Source: Felis catus (taxonomy: Eukaryota). Taken from it: 64,000 nt of DNA. Shown here in pieces: positions 1 through 10,829 of this stretch. Every line of letters begins with the position of its first letter. The stretch's first letter is position 1. A program made the translations under genes and the position numbers. Where the stretch lies: assembly GCF_018350175.1 (NCBI RefSeq), contig NC_058368.1:44332001-44396000 (forward strand). Direction: 5' to 3'. The notes below the pieces were generated by a model. That model was given only the letters and a program-made list of their open reading frames with translations, was not told the origin of the DNA and ran no database searches.

Positions 1-520
1 AAGAGTGGCAGGATATATTCAATGTGCTGAATCAGAAAAATATGCAGCCAAGAATTCTTTATCCAGCAAGGCTGTCATTCAAAATAGAAGAAGAGATAAA
101 AAGTTGCCCAAACAAAAATTAAAGGAGTTTGTGACCACTAAACCAGCCCTGCAAGAAATTTTAAGGGGGACTCTCTGAGGGGAGAAAACATGAAAATATA
201 AATATATAAATAAGTAAATAAATAAATAAATAAATAAGAAAAGCAACAAAGATTAGAAAGGACCAGAGAACACCACCAGAAACTCAAACTACAAGCATCA
301 TAATGGCAATAAATTCATATCTTTCAGTACTCACTCTAAACGTCAATGGACTCAAAGCTCCAAACAAAAGACACAGTGTAAAAGAATGGATAAGAAAACA
401 AGATTCATCCATGCTGCTTAGAAGAGACCCACTTTAGACGTAAAGACACCTTCAGATTGAAAATAAGGGGATGGAGAACCATCTATCATGCTAATGGTCA
501 ACAAAAGAAAGCTGGAGTAA

Positions 521-685
521 GGGTGCCCGGGTGGCTCAGTCTGTTGAACGTCCGACTTCGATTCAGGTCATGATCTTGCACTTCGTGAGTTGAAGCTCCA
601 CGTCAGGCTCTGTGCTGACAGCTCAGAGCCTGGAGCTTGCTTCAGATTCTGTGTCTCTCCATCTCTCAGCGCTTCCCCTGCTCAT

Positions 686-738
<53 letters not shown>

Positions 739-768
739 AATGAATAAACATTAAAAAAATTTAAAAAA
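521..768 (+). mobile_element. Can-SINE inserted in L1 ORF2
   Basis: GGGTGCCCGGGTGGCTCAGT head, (CT)n tract, AATAAA and A-tail. Confidence 0.95.
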
Positions 769-1366
769 CCTAATTCATAAAAAAATGAAACCCAGAGCAG
801 CCATACTTAGTCAATCTAGAATCTAAAATAAGGACTGTATCAAGAGATGCACTGTATCAAAATCAAGGGGTCTATCCCCCAAAAATACTTCAAAATGACA
901 CACTGGACCAGATGGACTTAACAGATATATTCAGAACATTTCATCCTAAAGCAACAGAAGATACATTCTTCTCCAGAGCACATGGAATGTTCTCAAAAAT
1001 AGACCATATACTGGGACACAAATCAGCCCTAAGCAAGTACAAAAAGATTGAGATCATACTGTGCACATTTTCAGACCACAACTATGAAACTCAAAGTCAA
1101 TCACAAGAAAAATTTAGAAAGGTAACAAATACATGGAGACTGAAGAACATCCTACTAAAGAATGAATGGGATAACCAAGAAGTTAAGAAGAAATTAAAAA
1201 GTAAATGGAAGCCAATTAAAATGATAACACCACAACCCCAAACCACTGGGATGCAGCAAAGGTTGTCATAAGAGGAAAGTATATAGCAATCCAGACTTTA
1301 CTAAAGAAGGAAGATAGATCTAAGACACACAACCTAACCTTATGCCTTAAGAAATTGGAAAAAGAA

Positions 1367-1595
1367 GGGGGCGCCTGGGTGGCGCAGTCGGTTGGGCGTC
1401 CGGCTTCAGCCAGGTCACGATCTCGCGGTCCGGGAGTTCGAGCCCTGCGTCAGGCTCTGGGCTGATGGCTCAGAGCCTGGAGCCTGTTTCCGATTCTGTG
1501 TCTCCCTCTCTCTCTGCCCCTCCCCCGTTCATGCTCTGTCTCTCTCTGTCCCAAAAAAAAAAATAAATAAACGTTGAAAAAAAAATTTAAAAAAA
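1367..1595 (+). mobile_element. Can-SINE, young felid subfamily, inserted in L1 ORF2
   Basis: GGGGCGCCTGGGTGGCGCAGTCGG head, CpGs largely intact; flanked by AAGAA(AT/GC)TGGAAAAAGAA direct repeats. Confidence 0.97.
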
Positions 1596-4500
1596 AAGAA
1601 GCTGGAAAAAGAACAGCAAATAAAACCCAAACCCAGAAGAAGACAGGAAATAATAAAGATTAGAGCAGAAATTAATGCTATCAAAACCAAAACAAAACAA
1701 GTAGAACAGATCAATGAAACCAGAGCTGGTTCTTTGAAAGAATTAACAAAATTGATAAACCACCAGCCAGTTTGGTCAAAAAGAAAAAGGAAAGGACCCA
1801 AATACATAAAATGAAGAATGAAAGAGGAGAGATCACAACCAACACAGCAGAAATAAAAACAATAATAAAAGAGTATTATGAGCAATTATATGCCAATAAA
1901 ATGGGTAATCTGGAAGAAATGGACAAATTCCTAGAAACATATATACTACCAAAACTGACAGGAACAAATAGAAAATTTGAACAGACCCATAACCAGGAAG
2001 GAAATCAAATCAGTAATCAAAAATCTCCCAAAAAACAAGAGTCCAGGGTCAGATGGCTTTCCAGGGTAATTCTGCCAAACATTTATGGAAGAATTAACAC
2101 CTATTCTCTTTAAGCTGTTCCAAAAATTAGAAATGGAAGGAAAACTCCCAAACTCTTTCTATGAAGCCAGCATTACCTTGATTCAAAAACCAGAAGAGAC
2201 CTCCACTAAAAAGGAGAACTACATACTAATTTCCCTGATGAACATGGATGCAAAAAACCTCAACAAGTTATTTGCCAACCGGATCCAACAATACATTAAA
2301 AAAATTATTCACCATGACCAAGTGGGATTTATACCTGGGATTCAGGGCTGGCTAAATATCTGCAAAACAATGAACATAATTCATCGAGAACCAGATGGAC
2401 AAGAACCATATGATCTTCTCAATAGATGCAGAGAAAGGAATTGACAAAATACAGCATCCTTTCTTGATAAAAACCCTCAAGAAAGTAGGGATAGAAGGAG
2501 CATACCTCGAGATCATAAAAGCTATACATGAAGGACCCAATGTGAATATCATACTCAGTGGGGAAAAACTGAGAGCTTTCCTCCTACGGTCAGGAACAAG
2601 ACAGGGATGTCCACTCTCGTCACTGTTATTCAACATAGTATTGGAAGTCTTAGCCTCTGCAATCAGACAACACAAAGAAATAAAATACATCCAAAAAGGC
2701 CAGAAGGAGGTCAAACTTTCACTCTTTGCAGATGACATGATACTCTGTATGGAAAACCCAAAAGATTCCACCAAAAAACTGCTAAAATTGATGCATGAAT
2801 TCAGCAAAGTTGCAGGATATAAAATCAATGCACAGAAATAGGTTGCATTCCTGTACACCAGCAATGAAGTGACAGAAAGAGAAATCAAGGAATCTATGCC
2901 ATTTACAGTTTCACAAAAAACATAAAATACCTAGGAATAAATCTAACCAAAGAGGTGAAAAATCTATACACTAAAAACTATAGAAAGCTTTTGAAAGAAA
3001 TTGAAGAAGACACAAAAAAATGGAAAACAATTCCATGCTCCTGGATAGGAAGAACAAATATTGTTAAAATGTCCATACTACCCAAAGCAATCTACATACT
3101 CAATGCAATCCCTATCAAAATAATACAAGCATTCTTCACAGAGCTAGAACAAATAATCCTAAAATTTGTATGGAACAAGAAAAGACAACAAATAGCCAAA
3201 GCCATCTATGAAACAGCCAAAGCTGTAATCATAAAGACAGTATAGTACTGGCACAAGAACAGACACTCAGATCAATGGAACAGAATAGAAAACCCAGAAA
3301 CGGACCCACAAACATATGGCCAACTAATTTTTGACAAAGCAGGAAAGAATATCCCATGGAATAAGGACAGTCTCTGCAGCAAGTGGTGCTGAGAAAACTG
3401 GGCAGGGACATGCAGAAGAATGAACCTGGACCACTTTCTTACACCATACACAAAACTAAACTCAAAATGGATGAAAGACCTCAATGTAAGACAGGAAGCC
3501 ATCAAAATCCTCAAGGATAAAGCAGGCAAAAACCTCTTTGATCTTGCCCACAGCAAATTCTTACCCAACACGTCTCTGGAGGCAAGGGAAACAAAAGCAA
3601 AAATGAACTACTGGGACCTCATCAAAATAAAAACTTCTTCACAGCAAAGGAAACAATCAGCAAAACTAAAAGGCAACCAACAGAATGGGAGAAGATATTT
3701 TCAAATGACATATCAGATAAAGGGTTAGTATCCAAAATCTATAAAGAACTTATCAAATTCAACACCCAAAAACAAATAATCCAGTGAAGAAATGGGCGAA
3801 AGACATGAATAGACCCTTCTCCAAAGAAGACATCCAGATGGCCAACCGACACATGAAAAATGCTCAACTTCATTCATCATCATGGAAGTACAAGTCAAAA
3901 CCACTATGAGATACCACCTCACACCTGTCAGAATGGCTAACATTAACAATTCAGGCAACAACATGTTGGCGAGGATGAGGAGAAAGAGGATCTCTTTTGC
4001 ATTGTTGGTGGGAATGCAAGCTGGTGCAGCCACTCTGGAAAACAGTATGGAGGTTCCTCAAAAAACTAAAAATAGAACTACCCTACACCCAGCAATTGCA
4101 CTACTAGGCACTTATCCACGGGATACAGGTGTGCTGTTTTGAAGGGACACATGCACTCCCATGTTTATAGCAGCACTATCATCAATAGCCAAAGTATGGA
4201 AAGACCCCAAATGTCCATCAATGGATGAATGGATAAAGAAGAAGTGGTATATATATACAATGGAGTATTACTCAGCAATCAAAAAGAATGAAATCTTGCC
4301 ATTTGCAACTACGTGGATGGAACTGGAGGTTATTATGCTAAGTGAAATTAGCCAGTCAGAGAAAGACAAAAATCATATGACTTCACTCATATGAGGGCTT
4401 TAAGAGACAAAACAGATGAACATAAGGGAAGGGAAACAAAAATAATATAAAAACATAGAGGGGAACAAAAGAGAAGAGACTCATAAATATGGAGAAAAAA

Positions 4501-5188
4501 CTGAGGGTTACTGGAGGGGTTGTGGCAAGGGGGGATGGGATAAATGGGTAAAGGGCACTAAGCATACTACTCCTGAAATCATTGTTGCACTCTTTGCCAA
4601 CTAATTTAGATGTAAATTTTTAAAAATAAAAAAAAAATTAAAACAAAGGGAAAAAAACCCTAAAGTAATCAAAACAGAATCATACTGGTATAAAAACAGA
4701 CACAGATCAATGACACAGCATAGAGCTCAGAAATAAATCCACACATATATGGTCAATTAATTTATGACAAAGGAACTAAACATATAAAATATGGGAAATG
4801 ATAACCTCTTTAATAAATGGTGCCATAAAAACTGAAGAGCTACATGCAAAAAAGTAAAATTGAACTTTCAACTTATACTAGACACACAAATCAACTAAAA
4901 TGTAGAAAAGACTTAAATTTTAGTCCTCAAACTGTAAAACTACTAGGAGAAAACAAGGAGGGTAAGCACCATGACATTGGTCTTGGCAATAATTTTTTGG
5001 GTCTGATAATCCAAAGCAATGGCAACAAAAACAAAAATAACAAGCGTGACTAGATCGAACTAAAATGTTACTACACATCAGAGGTAAGAACAACAAAATG
5101 AAAAGGTATCATACAGAGTGGGAGAAAGTATTTGCAAACTACATATCCAAGTATTCATATCCAAAATATAGAAGGAGTTTGTGCAATG

Positions 5189-5438
5189 AAAAAGAAAAAA
5201 AGAAAAAGAAAAGAGAAGAGAAGAAGAGGAAAGGAAAGGAAAGGAAAGGAAAGGGAAGGAAAGGGAAGGGAAGGGAAGGGAAGGGAAGGGAAGGGAAGGG
5301 AAGGGAAGGGACGGGAAGCAAAGGGAAGCAAAGGGAAGCAAAGGAAAGGAAAGGAAAGGAAAGGAAAGGAAAGGAAAGGAAAGGAAAGGAAAGGAAAGGA
5401 AAGGAAAGGAAAGAAAGGAAAGGGAAGGAAAGGAAAGA
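5189..5438 (+). repeat. Purine-rich pentanucleotide microsatellite (GGAAA)n/(GGGAA)n
   Basis: Directly visible tandem units. Confidence 0.97.
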
Positions 5439-5463
5439 ATCTAGCTAAAGAATGAGCAAAGGA

Positions 5464-5645
5464 GGGGTGCCTGGGTGGCTCAGTTGGTTACGCAACCAGC
5501 AATTCTTGGTTCTAACTCAGGTCATAATCTCACTGTTCATGGGATTAAGCCCCACAGTGCTGACAGTGTGGTGCCCGCTTGGAATTCTCTCTCAAAATTA
5601 ATAACTCTCTCTCTCAAGAATTAATAACTAAACATTTAAAAACAC
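5464..5645 (+). mobile_element. Can-SINE (older, internally deleted)
   Basis: GGGGTGCCTGGGTGGCTCAG head, A-tail, degenerate TSD ending CAAAGGA. Confidence 0.9.
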
Positions 5646-5680
5646 AAAAAAATTAACAAAGGATCTGAACAGACATTTCA

Positions 5681-5843
5681 TTTAATTTGTTTTCAAAGTT
5701 TGTTTGTTTGTTTGTTTGTTTGTTTATTCATTTATTTATTGGCATAGACAGAGGGAGGCACAGAATCTCAACCAGGCTCTGTGCAGTCAGCACAGAGGCC
5801 AATGTGGGAATCAAACTCATGGACTAAGCGACCCAGGTGTCCC
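5681..5843 (-). mobile_element. Can-SINE (degenerate)
   Basis: Ends CCCAGGTGTCCC; (TTTG)n tail; TSD TGAA(C/G)AGACATTT. Confidence 0.88.
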
Positions 5844-6847
5844 TGAAGAGACATTTTAAAGAAGAATACATCCAAATGCCCAACAGGTACATGAAAAGGT
5901 GCTCAACATCACTAATCATCAAGAAAATACAAATCAAAACTACAATGAGATATTAATCACCTCACACCTGTCAGGATGGTTATTCTCAAAAAAGAAAGAG
6001 ATAACAAGTATTGGTGAGGATATGGAGCAAAGGTAACTCTTGTACACTATTGATGGAAGTATAACTTGTACAGTGACTATGGAAAACAGTATGGAGGTTC
6101 CTCAAGAAATTAAAAATAGAGCTACCATTTGATCCAATAATGCCATTTCTGTGTACATATCCATAGGGAACTTAATCATTATCCCAAAGGGATATCTGTA
6201 CCACCAGTTCATAGTAGCATTTTTCACAATAGCCAACGTACGGAAATAATCTAAGGATCCACTGACTGATAAATTGATAAAGAAAATTTGAGATACACAC
6301 ACACACTCACAAAGAAGAATATTATTCAGACTTAAAAAAAAAGGAGATCTTGTCATTTGTGACAATATAGATGGACCTTGAGAGCATTATGCTAAGTTAA
6401 CGATAAAGGTGAATACTATATCATATCACTTACATGTGGAATCTACAAAAAGGTGAAACTCACAGAAACAGTAGAAAAGTGATCGCCAGGGGCTGAAGGG
6501 TGGGGGTATTCGGGGGTAGGTTGGTAAAAGGTACAAACTTGAAATTATAAGATAAATAAATCCTGATAATCTAATGTACAACATGAAGGCTGTAGTTAAA
6601 ATCACTGTATTATATAATTGAAATTTCCTAAAAGAGGAAATTGAAATTTTCTCTCTCACACACAAAAAGTTAAATATGTAAGGTGATCAATATGTTAATT
6701 AAAAAGAAAAATATGCTCATTAATATGAACTTCAAGAAAATAAAAATTTAACTTAGCTAAACTTAGAAATATATTATTTAAGAAGAGAGATGGAATCATT
6801 ATAATAGTATCAATACAAAGTGATCAGATTTACTAGCAAGAACAACT

Positions 6848-7066
6848 TTTTAAAAAATTTTTTTAATGTTTACTTATTTTTGAGACAATGTGAGACACAG
6901 AGTGCAAGCAGTGGAGGGGCAGACAGAGGGAGACACAGAATCTGAAGCGGGATCCAGGCTCTGGGCTGACAGCTCAGAGCCCAACACGGGGCTGGAACTC
7001 ACGAACCTTGAGATCATGACCTGAGCCAAAGTCGGACGCTTAACCGACTCTGCCATTCAGTCACCC
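6848..7066 (-). mobile_element. Can-SINE
   Basis: Reverse-complement SINE body; TSD CAAGAACAA. Confidence 0.95.
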
Positions 7067-7688
7067 AAGAACAATTTAAGAGAAAATACTACATTCAAAA
7101 TTGCAGTTCACCTTTAATTAAATACAGATGGAATATTATTTTATGTGACTCATTAAACATTATAAAAGTATTTCTATAATGAAATTCTGATGGCTCTGTT
7201 CATACAGTGAGGGGTTTGCTACATATTTATATTTGGTTCAGTTCAACTGACTTAGAACTTGCCTCTTCCTGCCTGAAACCACCTTCTGGCTGTGGCAGGG
7301 AGGTGCATGGAGCAGCCTGTGCTCCTGAGGCGCAGCACAGAGACTTCCTCCTCCTGCATTCAATCCCCACTGCACACTGGGATTCCCTAGGTGCTAACAA
7401 GTTGGAGAATGCTGACAGCCAATAGCTGGCTAATTTGCTTTGTAGCTACAGTAACAGACAATAATTTGCAATATAGTAATAAAAGTACTTTCTAGATCAT
7501 GAATAAAACATACGTATGCACCTATTTCTTCTAATAGAAACATGTTTTCTACCATTTCACATGCAAGTGCACCTAACCATATGGCAGTTTGATCGTCGCT
7601 TATTTCTAAGCTTTACCACAATCCTATAGCCTCCTATATATCTGACTTTTCCACCTGTATCCCAACAGAAAACCTTGCCTACTAGGCC

Positions 7689-7737
7689 AAAAACAAAACA
7701 AAACAAAACAAAACAAGACAAAACAAAACAAAACAGA
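7689..7737 (+). repeat. (AAAAC)n microsatellite
   Basis: Directly visible. Confidence 0.95.
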
Positions 7738-8134
7738 AATAGTCATTCAGTAAGTAAAGCACTCAACTTTTTAGCTAATTACCATGGAAAACACATCCCT
7801 TTCCTTGTCTAAGATTAACACATCACTCCTGTTCTGTACTTCACAATCTCACTCTCCGTAAGAACATCAATTATCCATTGCCCATGTAATCACATTAATC
7901 TTTCCCTCTTCTTTTGGTTCTTATCTACATACAAACAATTAAAATTTTCCTGCATCTTAAAAATTAAATTTTGACCCCAAAACCATTTAGTTACACTCCT
8001 ATTTTATTTCCATTAAAATGTTCTTGTTGAATGTTTGCCCAAGCCCATATTACCCACTTTCTGTTTGTGTTTGTTTCTTACCCCAATCATCTGATATAAT
8101 ATGCACAATCACTACGCGAAACTACTTTGGGAAA

Positions 8135-8313
8135 GGGGTGCTTGGGTGGTCCAGTTAGTTGAACTTCCAGTTCTTGATTTTGGCTCTGGTCATGATCTTG
8201 TGGTTTATGGGTTCAAGCCCTGCATCAGGCTCTGTGCTGGTGGTGTGGAGCCTGCTTGAGATTCTCTCTCTGGCCCTCCCCCTTTCTCAAAAATAAATAA
8301 ACATTAAAAAAAC
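8135..8313 (+). mobile_element. Can-SINE inserted in L2
   Basis: SINE head and tail; TSD GAAACTACTTTGG(G/A)AAA. Confidence 0.95.
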
Positions 8314-9338
8314 AGAAACTACTTTGGAAAAAAGGTTACCAGTGACCTTATTTTGCTTATGTTTTCCTGATTGCACTGGATGTATTACTACAGCTTTTGA
8401 TATTGTGGTTCAGTCTGCTGCTTTTGCAAATGTTTTCTGTGGTTTCAGACACAACACTCTGCAGGCACTCCTTCTGTGCTTATAGATCATTCTCATGTTC
8501 TTCTCTGTGTTCTGCACATACTATCAGTATTTCCCACCCTGAATTCTCTTCAGAGAAATCTCATCCTAACTTACAACTTCATCTATTCTATTGAAGAGAC
8601 ACCTAAAGCTGTATCTCTGTACAGTGAGTTTTAAATTAATGTATGAAATTGTTTTCAGCATATAAACTATCTGTATGTCACAGAGACATTGACCATAGAA
8701 TATGATAAAACTGGAACTTGTTATTAAATCTCTGCAAATCTTCCTATGCTAATACACATCATGTCTGAGTGAAGAGTACCACCATTCTTTTAGCTGTGAC
8801 TACCAGAAACTGTCACTGACAGTTCCATTACTTATATAACCCATACTGATGACTGAATCTTGTTTATTCTACACCCTTAATATTTAGTAGAGCCATATTT
8901 TTTCCCCTCACTGAGAGCTTTCATCATCATATGGATTACTTTGAACTGTTAGGTTTCTCTGCATTCAGACTTGGCTTCCTCAAACATATTTTTGCTATTG
9001 TAGCCTGAATGATATTTGTGGAACATAAATATATCTGATCATTACCATAATTGACTTCTTTCATTGAGTAGAAAGCATTTGATATCAAGTTAAAATTCAT
9101 TCAAACTCCATGATAAGAGTTTTAAAAAAAGGATTTTGGCTTCTACTTTTCTCTTCTGTTATTTTTTTTGAATGTCTTACACCATGGAATTCTATTCACT
9201 CAAATGATTCATGCTCTTGCCTTCACACATGCACTCTCTCCTGATTTGCTCAACTTCTTGCCCATTCACTCTACCTATCCTCACATTCCGTACCAATGCT
9301 TCAAGTCAGGAATTACTTTCTTCTTGAAAGTATTTCTG

Positions 9339-9481
9339 ATCTCTTCAAATCAGTATTTTCATATCCTTTGGGTAAATACCTAGTAGTCCAAGTGCTGGAT
9401 CATAGGATAGTTCCATTTTTAGCTATTTAAAGAACCTGCATACTGTTTTCCATAGTGGCTACATCAATTTGCATTCCCACC
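9339..9481 (-). mobile_element. Internal L1 fragment (ORF2 3' end), no tail
   Basis: Reverse complement matches L1 sequence seen at ~27630-27750 and ~4010-4130 of this window. Confidence 0.88.
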
Positions 9482-9608
9482 GTATCTCCTGCACCTCAAG
9501 CTATGCTAGTTCTCTTGCATAGCATTTTTTGTCTATAACTGATAATATTTATTATATTTTATTACAAATTTCTGGCTTTTGATAAGCTCTACATGCCTTG
9601 AAAAAAGA

Positions 9609-9836
9609 GGGGCACTAATGGCTCAGTCAGTTAAACTTCCTACTCTTGATTTCGGCTCAGGTCATGATCTCATGGTTTGTGAGATGGAGCCCTGCATCTG
9701 GCTCTGCACTGACAGCATGCAGCCTGCTTGAGATTCTCTCCCTCCCTCTGCCCCTCCCCTGCTCGTGCTTGCTTGCTCTCTCTCTCTCTCTGTCTCTCTC
9801 TCTCTCTCTCTCAAAATAAACAAACTTAAAAAAAAC
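9609..9836 (+). mobile_element. Can-SINE
   Basis: TGGCTCAGTCAGTTAA head, (CT)n, A-tail. Confidence 0.93.
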
Positions 9837-10336
9837 ACTCTGTGGCTTTTCATAAAAACATACAAATAAATGCATTGATAAGATAGACTGCATATTGTTG
9901 ATATTTTAATCAAATTCATGATGCAAGAGGAAGATCACATAATAGGTGAATAAGTAAGTGAAAGAATGTATATTGAATTAACTAATTAATTGCTAATCAA
10001 TTAATTAATTAATTAATTAGTACCTAACCAATTAACTCATATGTACTGAATGCCTATAAATTACCAAGACTATGAGAGCTGGGTTCCTAGCAGTGATAAA
10101 TTCAGATTGATTCTTATCAGTCTTCTGCATGAGACTTTATACCTTTGAAAGCAGGAGAAAGCTGGTCAGTGCTAGACCTATTGACACTTAGTAAGTATTG
10201 ACTGAAAAAATGAACAAATAGAGATAATTTTTTTCAGTTTGTAAATCTAATATGTAAAGAGTGCTGATTTTTGAATGTCCCATTTTTGGATTGCATAGTC
10301 ATATTTTTCTTTGACTATAAGAGAAGAAACCTGATA

Positions 10337-10552
10337 GGCCACCTGAGTGGCTCAGTTGGTTAAGAGTCTGACTCTTGATTTCAGCTCAGATCATATCTCA
10401 TGGCTTGTGGGATCAAGCCCCATGTTGAGCTCTGCACTGAGAGTGTGGAACATGCTTGGGATTCTCTCTGTCTTCCTCTCTCTCTGCCCCCCCACCCCAT
10501 CACAATCTCCCCCTCTCTCAAAAATAAGTAAATAAACTTTTTTTTTTTTTTA
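10337..10552 (+). mobile_element. Can-SINE
   Basis: SINE body; degenerate TSD AAGAG(A/G)AGAAA(C/T)CTG. Confidence 0.92.
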
Positions 10553-10599
10553 AAGAGGAGAAATCTGTTACTAATCCTATAGAATTACAGAATTTTTCA

Positions 10600-10829
10600 G
10601 GGGTGCCTGGGTGGTTCATTTGGTTAAGCATGAGGCTCTTGCTTTTGGCTCAGGTCATGATCTCATGATTCATGAGTTCAAGCCCAGCATCAAGCCCCTC
10701 ACTGAGCCCTGCTTTGTACCCCACACTGAGCATGGAGTCTGCTTGGATTCTTTCTCTCTCCCTCTCTCTCTGCCCTTCCCCTGACTGCACGTGCTTTCTC
10801 TCTCCCTCTAAAAATAAACTATAAAAAAA
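10600..10829 (+). mobile_element. Can-SINE
   Basis: SINE body; TSD AGAA(T/C)TACAGAATTTTTCA. Confidence 0.94.

Larger units (their letters stand above)
303..4400 (+). pseudogene. L1 ORF2 (endonuclease/reverse transcriptase), disrupted
   Basis: ORF fragments 912-1271, 1772-2113, 2085-2444, 2395-2841, 2955-3245, 3420-3728 and 3882-4142 are consecutive pieces of ORF2p in shifting frames. Confidence 0.93.
1..4650 (+). mobile_element. LINE-1 (felid/carnivore L1), decayed; ORF1 C-terminus, ORF2, 3' UTR and A-tail; runs off the window's 5' edge
   Basis: ORF1 C-terminus KEFVTTKPALQEILRGTL* (TGA 176-178). ORF2 ATG at 303. ORF-track fragments carry endonuclease motifs (DLTDIFRTFHP, SKIDHILG, FSDHN), RT motifs ([15 protein letters not shown]) and C-terminal motifs. 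A-rich tail ~4620-4657. Frameshifts, stops, internal deletions and two SINE insertions. Confidence 0.97.
4660..6710 (+). mobile_element. Older L1 (L1MA/L1MB-like): ORF2 3' part and 3' UTR
   Basis: 4660-4830 parallels ORF2 at ~3220-3420 of the preceding copy but is much more diverged. 3' UTR motifs GGTAAAAGGTACAAACTT and CTAATGTACAACATG. Interrupted by a purine microsatellite and two SINEs. Confidence 0.88.
7560..9970 (+). mobile_element. LINE-2 fossil (RT region to 3' end), interrupted by two SINEs and an L1 fragment
   Basis: GAAACTACTTTG..AAGGTTACCAGTGACCT and CAGCTTTTGATATTGTGG resemble L2 RT-coding DNA. The strand is CT-rich and ends in GAAT-like repeats at ~9950. Boundaries approximate. 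Confidence 0.7.

Noticed and set aside
521..600. tRNA-like A/B boxes at SINE heads
   Set aside because: They are the tRNA-derived heads of Can-SINEs followed by SINE body and tail, not tRNA genes.
1392..1577. Recurrent ORFs of the type VREFEPRVRLWADGSEPGACF or AQSLEPASDSVSPSLS
   Set aside because: Can-SINE read-throughs repeated at many copies in the window.
2352..2888. 178-aa minus-strand ORF, the longest in the track
   Set aside because: Antisense of the L1 RT region; such open frames are common in L1 and do not indicate a gene.
5065..5455. Lys/Arg/Gly/Glu-rich ORFs and their antisense Phe/Pro/Ser-rich ORFs
   Set aside because: Translations of the (GGAAA)n array, which lacks stop codons. 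The same applies to ORFs at 40914-41223, 60815-61175 and 62687-63111.
10537..10552. T-run after a SINE tail resembling a terminator (also 56321-56329)
   Set aside because: Mixed A/T tails are common in Can-SINEs; no independent evidence of function.
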